The translations under genes and the position numbers were made by a program. A stretch of 55,059 bases of DNA, from IMG/VR virus record IMGVR_UViG_3300047547_000250, positions 1 to 55,059 of that record, one strand, 5' to 3'. Under the pieces are notes generated by a model. The model saw only the letters and a list, made by a program, of their open reading frames with translations. It did no database searches and was not told the DNA's origin. Shown here one piece after another: positions 10,780 through 19,700 of the stretch (its first letter is position 1; each line of letters starts with the position of its first letter). Source of the stretch: a virus. Lineage: Duplodnaviria; Caudoviricetes.

Positions 10780-11351
10780 ATTTACTTGAAACAGTTCGTG
10801 AGTTTTTATTTGAGATGCCAGCAATGGCATATGTTTCAAAAAACGACCCATATCTAAGAATGAAAAAGAGTGGTGTGGATGTTAATGCACATTTAGCATC
10901 CACACCAATACATCGAACTGATACAGACACAATAACAAAAGTTGCTTTAGCTGGTAATTCAGATCAGTATGCTAAAATTGATAACAATCGAAACCCAATA
11001 TTCAGACTAGATACAACAAAAACAAGTCTAAGTTCGGTACCGAACAAAGTTGGTTCAAAGGTTGCATCGATGGTTAAGTTTAATACTGAATATCAATATC
11101 CAGATGTAAAGAAAGTATATGATCATCTATTGATCAACAACGACTTCATTAGAACAGATGACATACAATATCCAGGTGGTAAGAATACTTGGTTAAAGTT
11201 AGTACATGATTATGATTCTGAAGGCAAGCATTTATATATCCATGAGAATGATAAGTTAACTAAAGTCTTAGCAAGCCATATTGAAGCAAATCACTCTAAG
11301 ATATGGAACTCCGATAAAACTCATGTAGTAATATCAAATAGCTCTTTATGA
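10776..11351 (+). CDS. Hypothetical protein (possible internal head protein)
   Basis: 191 aa, ATGA-coupled; N-terminal LLE/LFE motifs. Confidence 0.55.
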   Translation: MNLLETVREFLFEMPAMAYVSKNDPYLRMKKSGVDVNAHLASTPIHRTDTDTITKVALAGNSDQYAKIDNNRNPIFRLDTTKTSLSSVPNKVGSKVASMVKFNTEYQYPDVKKVYDHLLINNDFIRTDDIQYPGGKNTWLKLVHDYDSEGKHLYIHENDKLTKVLASHIEANHSKIWNSDKTHVVISNSSL

Positions 11352-11743
11352 TGGATACTCAATATTTTGCATATACTGCATGTGATGACCTAGAAGACTG
11401 GGTACAAGGCGATATAGATTTCTGGGACGAACCAACTAGATGTAGGTTTCGTAAAAAGTATAATGATGGTGTATTCTTTATAGCATATGATTATGATACA
11501 TCAACGTTACATGAAACCAATAAACTGTGCATGATACCATATATCTTTCACACAGATCACCCAGAAAACATATTAGCTGATTTGGTTTTAACAATCGATT
11601 ACCTAATCAACAAAAAGAATGTATGTGTTACATTCTTTAAAGAAGATCAAGAATCAAATACAAGACTATTGCATGAGCTGCAAGCATTTCTTCCTGATAC
11701 TACAGTGAAACAATTTGATTACTTCACAATTTTAACGAAATGA
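11348..11743 (+). CDS. Hypothetical protein
   Basis: 131 aa, ATGA-coupled on both sides. Confidence 0.6.
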   Translation: MMDTQYFAYTACDDLEDWVQGDIDFWDEPTRCRFRKKYNDGVFFIAYDYDTSTLHETNKLCMIPYIFHTDHPENILADLVLTIDYLINKKNVCVTFFKEDQESNTRLLHELQAFLPDTTVKQFDYFTILTK

Positions 11744-12351
11744 TTGAACGAATTGATACACCCTCTGGTAGATTTTACAAAACTCCAGAGGGGTTTTTAT
11801 ATCCATCAGTTACAACTGTTTTATCGTCTATACCTAATCCAGGATTAGATGCTTGGCGCAATGCAGTAGGTGAAGATGAAGCCAATAGGATCTCCAAGAA
11901 AGCAACATCACGTGGTACAAAGCTACATTCATTCTGTGAAGATTACTTGCTTAAAAGAAATCCTAAACTTGATATGTTTGATAAAGAAGCATACAAAGGA
12001 TTAACAAAGCATTTGGATTTAATTGAACCAATTGCTATTGAGGAACAATTATATTCTAATAAACTAAGAGTTGCTGGAACATTAGATTGCTTAGGTAAGT
12101 ATGACAGTGAGTTGTTTGTTATTGATTTCAAGACAACATCTTCACTGAAACATGATGGTGAATTTGATTCATACTGGCTCCAAACTGCTGCATACTCTGT
12201 TATGGTATATGAACGGTTAGGATTAGTGGTACCAAATTTGCTGATTATTATGCAGGACCTAACAGCAGGAGAGTGTAATGTCTACCGACAAAAGAGTAAT
12301 ATATGGGTTCCCAAATTCAAATCGATTAGGGATGCTTACCAAGATAAATGA
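11740..12351 (+). CDS. PD-(D/E)XK (RecB/Cas4-like) phage exonuclease
   Basis: YPSVTTVL, RGTKLH, VAGTLD, IDFKT and QTAAY motifs. Confidence 0.9.
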   Translation: MIERIDTPSGRFYKTPEGFLYPSVTTVLSSIPNPGLDAWRNAVGEDEANRISKKATSRGTKLHSFCEDYLLKRNPKLDMFDKEAYKGLTKHLDLIEPIAIEEQLYSNKLRVAGTLDCLGKYDSELFVIDFKTTSSLKHDGEFDSYWLQTAAYSVMVYERLGLVVPNLLIIMQDLTAGECNVYRQKSNIWVPKFKSIRDAYQDK

Positions 12352-12925
12352 TCATTTCTTTCCTGATAGAGAAGATATTGAACAATCATATATCTATCTC
12401 AAAGGTGAAGTTACTGTAGCTTCATGTGCTGATTTAATTGAAAGTATATTGAGTATCAATTACCCAACATATACCGATGATGAAGATGGTAATGAAGTAC
12501 AAGATAAATTTCCAGACGTTATTAATCTATTGATTACATCAACTGGTGGTGATATGACAGCTGCGTTTGCACTGATTAATGTCATGCGTGGTTCTAGGAT
12601 CCCTATTAGAACTATTGTACTAGGTGAAGCATCATCGGCAGCACTATGTATTTTAATGGCTGGTCATCAACGTGTAGCTACACCCTACTCATCCTTAATG
12701 AGCCATCAGTTTATCTCTGGCGTTGAAGGTACCTATGATGACCTAGTAAATGCAACTACTGCGTTCAATGAATACTTTTCTAAGATGTTGAATTTTTATG
12801 TTGAGTGTACTGGGTTAGAAGAAAAGTTCATTAAGAAGAATCTACTGCGTGCATTGGATCATCACTTCCATCCTGAAAAAGCATTAGAGTACAAGATGAT
12901 TGATTTAGTTGAAGATCTACGTTAA
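12278..12925 (+). CDS. clpP: ClpP-like protease subunit (alternative start 12332)
   Basis: LLITSTGGD, GEASSAA (catalytic Ser), LMSHQ (His) and EKALEYKMID motifs. Confidence 0.85.
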   Translation: MSTDKRVIYGFPNSNRLGMLTKINDHFFPDREDIEQSYIYLKGEVTVASCADLIESILSINYPTYTDDEDGNEVQDKFPDVINLLITSTGGDMTAAFALINVMRGSRIPIRTIVLGEASSAALCILMAGHQRVATPYSSLMSHQFISGVEGTYDDLVNATTAFNEYFSKMLNFYVECTGLEEKFIKKNLLRALDHHFHPEKALEYKMIDLVEDLR

Positions 12926-12932
12926 AACAACG

Positions 12933-12994
12933 TCTAACACGTTTTTAACAGTACCTAGTACCTTGGTACTAATTTATAGTAAAAACGTGTTAGA
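12933..12994. repeat. Nested inverted repeat
   Basis: TCTAACACGTTTTTA 12933-12947 / TAAAAACGTGTTAGA 12980-12994, enclosing TAGTAC-CTTG-GTACTA 12956-12971. Confidence 0.8.
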
Positions 12995-13021
12995 AAGCGA
13001 TCTCGTAAGTTCTAGAGTACA

Positions 13022-13054
13022 AAGAGGGCGCAAGCCCTCTTGTCACGAAGTGAC
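13022..13054. terminator. Adjacent hairpins (GCAA tetraloop and GAA triloop)
   Basis: AAGAGGGC-GCAA-GCCCTCTT 13022-13041, then GTCAC-GAA-GTGAC 13042-13054. The U-tract is weak, so a terminator role is uncertain. Confidence 0.45.
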
Positions 13055-13121
13055 TCAGGAAACACACTAAAAATTACCTACAAATTTTTTTGGTCCCAAG
13101 AAATTTCAGTATACAATCATA

Positions 13122-13218
13122 AGTATTATTAGAGTATCAATAAGTACCTTTTAGTGCCTTCGGCACACTCGTTTCACTCGTAGAACTCTGAGTACAGATA
13201 GTATTATTAGAGTATCAA
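13122..13218. repeat. 19-bp direct repeat pair (iteron-like)
   Basis: AGTATTATTAGAGTATCAA at 13122-13140 and 13200-13218, flanking the hairpin GTGCC-TTC-GGCAC and CACTCGTTTCACTCG. Confidence 0.8.
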
Positions 13219-13278
13219 ATATAACCATATAGAATATTATATTAATACTAGATAAGGGTGTTGTCTTATCTTAACTTT

Positions 13279-13340
13279 AGTGTAGCATATTTTTCGTGAT
13301 CTGTCAACCCTTTTTTAAAAATATTTTTAAAATATTTTTG
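13279..13340 (-). promoter_or_regulatory. Near-consensus sigma70 promoter with UP element, pointing left into non-coding DNA
   Basis: Minus strand TTGACA (13307-13302), 17-nt spacer, TACACT (13284-13279) with TGn extension. A/T tract at 13311-13339. Confidence 0.75.
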
Positions 13341-13359
13341 GTACAGATCTAGATTTTTG

Positions 13360-13368
13360 TGTTACAAT
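13360..13368 (+). promoter_or_regulatory. Extended -10 promoter for the 13393 operon
   Basis: TGT-TACAAT about 25 nt upstream of the ATG. Confidence 0.45.
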
Positions 13369-13392
13369 CCATAATCATCACAGACTATTGCT

Positions 13393-13785
13393 ATGCACAC
13401 AAAAATTGCACTTGTTATATCAGACAAATACCCACAAGTTACACAGGGTAGGTTGTATTCCGTGCAGTCCATGAACGATACATTCGTTAAGATGGTCGGT
13501 ATCAACCACCCAATACCATTGAGTGCAGTATCCATAGTCGATGGTGTTGAACTAGACTCCATTGGAGCAAACAAGTTTTGCTATAAACGTTATACGCTTG
13601 TCGAGGAAACTGTCTTTGCAGAGAATATTGTTGGTTCAGATGAACTTTATGAACTGGCAGTCATTGACAGAACCAAAATTGAGTCGTATACTAAAGGCGG
13701 CGTCCAAGTTAAAAACTTTCGTGAAGCTCTTCTTCTTGATGACTGTAAAGAAGAAGTTATTAACCCCCAGTCAAAGGAAATTTAA
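13393..13785 (+). CDS. Hypothetical protein
   Basis: 130 aa ORF downstream of a promoter motif. Confidence 0.55.
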   Translation: MHTKIALVISDKYPQVTQGRLYSVQSMNDTFVKMVGINHPIPLSAVSIVDGVELDSIGANKFCYKRYTLVEETVFAENIVGSDELYELAVIDRTKIESYTKGGVQVKNFREALLLDDCKEEVINPQSKEI

Positions 13786-13788
13786 ATT

Positions 13789-14019
13789 ATGGCAAAGAAA
13801 ACTGTTGGTAAAGAAGCTCGTTTCCTAAATGCACTGCTTACTGGTAAAACCATTTCCCGTAAGCAAGCTAAAACTCAGTACAAACTAGGTAACCCTAGTG
13901 CAACTGTGCTGCGTATTCAGGAATCTGGTTATCAACTCCAACGACATTATGCAGTTAGCAAGTCTCGTGTTCCTGGTACAAAGATTAAAATTCGTACTGT
14001 GAAATACAGCATTGCGTGA
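13789..14019 (+). CDS. Small basic winged helix-turn-helix protein
   Basis: LNALLTGKTISRKQAKTQYKLGNPSATVLRIQESGYQL pattern; AAGGA RBS. Confidence 0.7.
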   Translation: MAKKTVGKEARFLNALLTGKTISRKQAKTQYKLGNPSATVLRIQESGYQLQRHYAVSKSRVPGTKIKIRTVKYSIA

Positions 14020-14040
14020 TCGAGTAGTTAAACTCAAAAG

Positions 14041-14071
14041 TAAGCCAGAGACATCAAAACTCTCTGGCTTA
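14041..14071. other. Intergenic stem-loop
   Basis: TAAGCCAGAGA / TCTCTGGCTTA, 11-bp stem. Confidence 0.6.
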
Positions 14072-14106
14072 ACTACATTTGTAGTTATTGTTTTGAAAGG
14101 AAAGTA

Positions 14107-15699
14107 ATGCACTGTTTAAATTGTGATTCATCTGATGTGACAAAGCATGGAACTCGTACATCCGGTTCTGGAGTAACGAAACAGCGGTATAAGTGTAAAG
14201 ACTGTGGGTATTCGTTCTCGGTGTCTATCAACGATGATACCACAGGTGACTTGTTTGTTGTTGATGAGATTGAAGCCCCGACATTCATTGATTTTAAGTA
14301 TGAGCGGTCAGAGGATTGGCTAAAAACCAATGTCCATTCAAAGCAACGTCTAGTGATTACATCTGCTCAAAACAATACACCTGTATCCCAAAATTTCCTT
14401 GCAGCAATCCAAACATACATTAAGCACAATGATGCAGGGTTGATAGTAATTCCTATAAAGTACAAAACTATAAACAGTGAAGATGATGATTTGGCATCTG
14501 TTTATGATGAGTCTATTGAGAGTTATTTGTGTGAAAACACGATTGAGTTTCCAAAGTACAATCTAAAAGTATATGCTGGATTGCGTATCCAAGCAACTGC
14601 TGAGAATCCATTGTCTGGGTTGGACCCATTGTCCAAGGGGCATTCTATCATTGTTGGGCATGCACAGGCACAGTTAAAGACGCTACCCAATATTGATAAG
14701 CGCATCAGTGATATCATTACAACAACGGGTGCAATTACAGAGAAGAACTATAGCAAGACCAAGTTAGGTGAGAAGGCACGGTTCAATCACTCTATCTCTG
14801 CTTTAGTTATTGAGTTTGATGAAACAACATATCATCTACGACATCTTAATTTTGATGATAGAACAGGTTCTTTCTGGGATATTGACACTCAGTATTGTGC
14901 AAATGATGTTATGTTCCAGGGTAATGTAGAAGCTATTGTGACTGGTGATGAACATGTCATTTTTAGAGATGAAGTTGTTGAGAAATGGACATACAAAGAT
15001 GACAAGTCCATGATCAATGTATTGCAACCAAAGTACATTGTACGTCATGATAGTCTCGATGCATACTCTATCAGTCATCACCACAAGAAAAGCGTATTCA
15101 CTCAATATGCTAAATGGGTGTCTGGCATTAATAGCATTGAAGATGAATTGCGAAAAACAGTTGATTATATCAATGAAACAACTCCAACAAATACAGTAAG
15201 TTTGATTGTCCAGTCCAATCACAATGAACATTTGTTGAAGTGGCTCAATGAAGTTGATATTTCAACTGAGCCATGGAACGCAAAGTTGTATCACTATTTG
15301 ATGTATCAGATGTTGAGTAATACAACGATGTCTACAAGTGGTGCATCATATCCAGACCCATTTGCACTGATTGCATCACCTTGGTTGAATACCAATGTTG
15401 AATTTGTATCACGTGAGGGTAAGAAGATAATGGGGATTGAAGTTGGTGCTCATGGTGATGTTGGTGTCAATGGTGCACGAGGCTCAGCTAAGAGTTTTGC
15501 ACGTATACCAGATAAGATGATTGTTGGACACTCACACAGCCCAAGTATTGAAAAGGGTTGTTATACTGTAGGAACTAGCTCTAAACTTGCGCTTGAATAT
15601 AATCGCGGTGCTAGCACATGGCATCATGCACATGTTATCATTCATCCCAATGGAAAACGACAAATGATTTTCATTACACCTGATGGGTGGAGACTATAA
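14107..15699 (+). CDS. Metallophosphoesterase-fold protein resembling T5 A1, with N-terminal IS1/InsA-like zinc ribbon
   Basis: CLNC...KHG...QRYKCKDCG at the N-terminus. Calcineurin-like motifs GDEH, RHD, SNHNEH, HGD.GVNGARGS, VGHSHSP and VGTS. Confidence 0.65.
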   Translation: MHCLNCDSSDVTKHGTRTSGSGVTKQRYKCKDCGYSFSVSINDDTTGDLFVVDEIEAPTFIDFKYERSEDWLKTNVHSKQRLVITSAQNNTPVSQNFLAAIQTYIKHNDAGLIVIPIKYKTINSEDDDLASVYDESIESYLCENTIEFPKYNLKVYAGLRIQATAENPLSGLDPLSKGHSIIVGHAQAQLKTLPNIDKRISDIITTTGAITEKNYSKTKLGEKARFNHSISALVIEFDETTYHLRHLNFDDRTGSFWDIDTQYCANDVMFQGNVEAIVTGDEHVIFRDEVVEKWTYKDDKSMINVLQPKYIVRHDSLDAYSISHHHKKSVFTQYAKWVSGINSIEDELRKTVDYINETTPTNTVSLIVQSNHNEHLLKWLNEVDISTEPWNAKLYHYLMYQMLSNTTMSTSGASYPDPFALIASPWLNTNVEFVSREGKKIMGIEVGAHGDVGVNGARGSAKSFARIPDKMIVGHSHSPSIEKGCYTVGTSSKLALEYNRGASTWHHAHVIIHPNGKRQMIFITPDGWRL

Positions 15700-15700
15700 G

Positions 15701-15725
15701 AAAAAGGACCCATTGGGTCCTTTTT
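15701..15725. terminator. Bidirectional intrinsic terminator
   Basis: AAAAAGGACCC-ATT-GGGTCCTTTTT between convergent genes. Confidence 0.85.
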
Positions 15726-15735
15726 GTTTATGTTA

Positions 15736-16596
15736 TTAAATCTTTAACCTTTCACATGTAGTAATCCATGATTTTACAAAACCACTGCGAACAATATCCT
15801 CTGGTCTAAATCTAAAACTACGGAATTCTGGCATTTGTGAACTGACAGCTAGAAACGTTTTAAACCCAGAAACGTCATTTTTCTTAAAATGTAAATCATC
15901 TTGGGAACCATCACCACAGAAGATTATTTTTGAATTCTTTCCAAGACGTGTAGCAACTGTGGAGATTTCCTCCCAAGAAGAATTTTGAAACTCGTCAAAG
16001 ATTATAATGGCATTATCAAACGTATCACCTCGCAAGAATGACGTTGAATGGAATTCAAGTTTACCCATATCAACTAATTTTTCATATGCATCTTTTTTGC
16101 CTGTTAGTGTAGAGAAAATGCTATGATATGGTGCCTGGAATGCTTCCATTTTTTCATTTATATCACCGGGTAAATGGCCTTGCTCTCTGGATTGAACACT
16201 TGATCTAATAATGATCAGTTTATTGATGTTTGTTACTTCATGATCCAGTACATCCAAAATTGCATGGTAGATTGCAATCATTGTCTTGCCTGTACCAGCT
16301 GATCCAAATAACACATACCCATCTGCTGCATTATCGGCCCAGCTCTCAAAGAAATCGTACTGTGTATCAGTCAGAGGTTTGATTTCTTTAATGTCCTGTA
16401 ATTTAACAACTCTCTGTCGAGTGTTACCAGTAGTTATATCAACTACATTCAATCCAGTTTCCTTTTCTAGACGTTTCTGTTGACGTCCAATTCGTTTTGC
16501 TTGTCTCTGTGTTTCTACATCTAGAAAATCTTGCTGCTTTTGAGTAGCTCTGCGTGAGTAGAATTTCGTTGTAGAAAACTGTGCAAGTTTTGCCAT
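15736..16596 (-). CDS. phoH: PhoH-family ATPase
   Basis: GSAGTGKT, FLRGDTF, DEFQN, TRLGKNSK, GD..Q.DL and DIVRSG motifs. Encoded on the minus strand (CAT at 16594-16596, TTA at 15736-15738); the track labels it + in error. Confidence 0.93.
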   Translation of the reverse strand: MAKLAQFSTTKFYSRRATQKQQDFLDVETQRQAKRIGRQQKRLEKETGLNVVDITTGNTRQRVVKLQDIKEIKPLTDTQYDFFESWADNAADGYVLFGSAGTGKTMIAIYHAILDVLDHEVTNINKLIIIRSSVQSREQGHLPGDINEKMEAFQAPYHSIFSTLTGKKDAYEKLVDMGKLEFHSTSFLRGDTFDNAIIIFDEFQNSSWEEISTVATRLGKNSKIIFCGDGSQDDLHFKKNDVSGFKTFLAVSSQMPEFRSFRFRPEDIVRSGFVKSWITTCERLKI

Positions 16597-16694
16597 TGTT
16601 GATACCCTAAAATAGAAAAAGAAAAGGCGCACTAAGGTTTGACCCGTGCGCCCGCTATTGACAAGATTGATGTGGTTGTTTAATCATGTAAACC

Positions 16695-16719
16695 TATTTA
16701 ATAAAAAGTTAACTAAATA
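16695..16719. promoter_or_regulatory. Back-to-back late promoter cores
   Basis: TATTTA 16695-16700 (TAAATA on the minus strand, toward phoH) and TAAATA 16714-16719 (toward ORF 16756). Confidence 0.55.
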
Positions 16720-16755
16720 GATGATACGTAGACATTTAACCTACAAAGAGATCTT

Positions 16756-19700
16756 ATGGCACTTGATACTAACATTGCACCCTACTTTAATGATTTTGAT
16801 GAATTCAAAAATTTCCATCAAATTCTGTTTAGACCCAGTTTTTCTGTACAAGCACGAGAATTAACTCAGCTACAGAGTATCCTTCGCGATCAAATTGCGA
16901 AGTTTGGTGGTCACATATTCAAACATGGATCGGTTGTAATCCCTGGTAACACTCTATCAGATCTACAAACACAATATATCAAATTAGAGGATACATTTGC
17001 TAGCGTAGCAATAGATGTATCAACATTTGATGGATTGACTGTTATTGGTGAAACAACTGGCGTCAAGGCAGTTGTTCGTGCAGTTGTAGCTAAAGACAGT
17101 ACAGATCCTAATACTTTGTATCTATCTTATATTTCAGGTGGTGGTGCAAATGGAGAATACTCAACGTTTGCAGCTGGTGAAGAACTGTATGTAGAAACTA
17201 GTCCAACAACTCGTGCTCAAGTTGTTGCAACTACACCATCAGGCATGGGGTCTCTTGCATTTGTAAAAGCAGGTACATATTTCATCAATGGTAACTTTGT
17301 AAATGTCGATGATCAAAAAGTAATAATCTCAAAATACACATCTACACCATCATGTCGTGTACTGTTGAAGATTAGTGAGAGTATTGTTACTAGTAACACT
17401 GATTCAACACTTCTAGATCCTGCTTCTGGGTCATATAATTTCTCTGCTCCTGGCGCAGACCGTCTAAAGATAAGTTTAACGTTAACAACATTACCACTTG
17501 TTGATGATGTAACTGATGACTATATCGAGCTTATGCGATATAACGCAGGTGTACTGGAGATGCACTCTAGATACCCAAAGTATTCAGAGTTAGAAAAGAG
17601 TATTGCTCGTAGAACATATGACGAATCTGGCGACTATTTGGTCAATGGATTTGAAACACGTATTCGTGAACACAAAAAAACACTGTACAACAATGGATTT
17701 GATGAAGCTGGTGATGCTGGAAAATATGTAATTGAGACATTACCAGGTAAGGGATATATTAATGGCATTGAAGTAGAGTCTATCTATGAACAACGACTTG
17801 AAGTTGATAAGGCTAGGACGAGTGCACATGTAAAACAAAACACGTTCTCTATCAATGCATTTTATGGTAGGTACATCTATGTCAGTGGGTTGATATCCCA
17901 ACCCAACTATAAACAACGTACAAAGGTTGACCTATACAATATCAGTGCATCTACGGGTGGTACCAAGATTGGTACACTTCGAGCTGTTGCTATTGATTAT
18001 GTTGCGGGTGATCCTGGGACAACTAATGCAGTGTATAAGTTGTACATTGATGAGCTGTCGCTTAATGTTGGGTACAAGATTGAAAACGTTGGTGGATTTA
18101 GGTTCACTGGTTCTTCAACTGGTTATGGTAAAGTTGTTCATAAACTAAGCATCCCTAGTGCTACTTTAGATTTCACAATTGGTGAAATTTTATCAAGTCC
18201 AACTGCAACTCGAGTTGCAACTGTTGCATACTACAATCGTTCACAGGGTATTGTATTTGCATATAAGCACGATGCTACTAAACAGATTCCGATCAAAGGA
18301 GACACAGTTACAGGTAGTAGTGGTAGTACACCTACAGGCAGCGTTACATCTGTTGAGAGCGTTGTTTCTCGTAACGCTCCAGCGGTATTTCCTCTACCTA
18401 AGTCATACGTTAAATCTATCGCTAACGTAACAACGTATGATATCACATATACTGTATGGAAAACATTGGTTCTAACAACCGATGCTTCTGGTAATGCTCT
18501 TCAAACCATAACTGATGGTGTGTTTACCACGCCTGAAGTCGGTACAACTGTTGCAATAGGACCAAGTGGCGTTGTAACAAACGATAAGTTATCAATTCAA
18601 ACAGAAACAACTTTTAGAATTACTGGTGGTCCATTGAGTAGCACAGTTATTGTATTAACTCAAGTTACTAAAGATGCATCAACTAATCCAGCTACACAGC
18701 CTAAGATTAAAACATTAACAACTGTAACGTTGAATAACGTTGTCCCAGCTAAGACTATTTCATTAGGAAAAGCAGATATCTTTAAGATTGTATCTATTCA
18801 TTCCAATGGAGTTGAAGTAACAGACAGTTATAGTTTGGATAATGGTCAGACAGATTTCTATTATGGTATTGGAAAAATAAAACTTACTAGAACTCTACCA
18901 ACAAGCAACTTAACTATTGTATTTGAATACTTTGAACACAGTGGTTCTGGTGATTTCTTCAGCGTAGATTCTTATAAGACTTTAGGGATTGAGGATGACT
19001 TATATGTAAGTCGCGTTCCAACATATGTATCTAGCTCATCATCTAGTGAGTTTTATCTTGCAAATTGTTTGGACTTTAGACCAACAATTGGTACTACTGG
19101 TGAATTTACTTCTGGTGGTGCATCATTAATAGATACTCTTGTTGTCGATGAAATTGTTGACACAACTGTAAAATACTATGTTCCTCGAATTGATGCAACG
19201 TACCTAGACCAAGATGGTAGTATTAAGATTGCAATTGGTATCCCCGATGAAGTCCCACAACTTCCTAAACTACCATCGAATGTAGCTCCTATTGCAAGAT
19301 TCTTTGTTAATGCATATACTGTTAACATTGATGATATTATGATGCGTGCTATTGGTACATTTAGATACCGCATGCAAGATATTAAGAAACTAGAAGGTCG
19401 CGTAAAAAACCTAGAGTTTGTTACGCAGCTAAACAGTCTCGAGACATCTGTTGTTTCATACAATGTAATTGATGCAGAGACAGGAATTGATAGATTCAAG
19501 AGTGGGTATCTCGTAGATAATTTTCAACAATATGATTCTGTATGTAACTATTACCTAAATGAAAATAGGTGTACATTCTTTGATCACAAGTTAAGTGCTC
19601 CAGTTGAAGATTTCCAAGGAAATATTACATTAATGAGTAGCTCTTCAAATTACTTGAATGTCTACAATTACTTGATGTTACCATACACTGAGTCTAAATT

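Noticed and set aside
11740-12351. Cas4 indicating a CRISPR system
   Set aside because: Lacks the four-Cys Fe-S cluster pattern and has no array or cas neighbours; it is a typical phage exonuclease.
12926-13392. tRNA genes in the large intergenic region
   Set aside because: No cloverleaf, T-loop GTTCRA or CCA end was recognisable.
14107-14220. IS1-family insertion sequence
   Set aside because: Only the zinc ribbon is present; there is no DDE transposase, terminal inverted repeat or target duplication.
15736-16632. ORF-track assignment of phoH to the + strand with a start at 16632
   Set aside because: The protein reads from the reverse complement. ATG at 16596 (MAKLAQF) is more plausible than the GTG extension.
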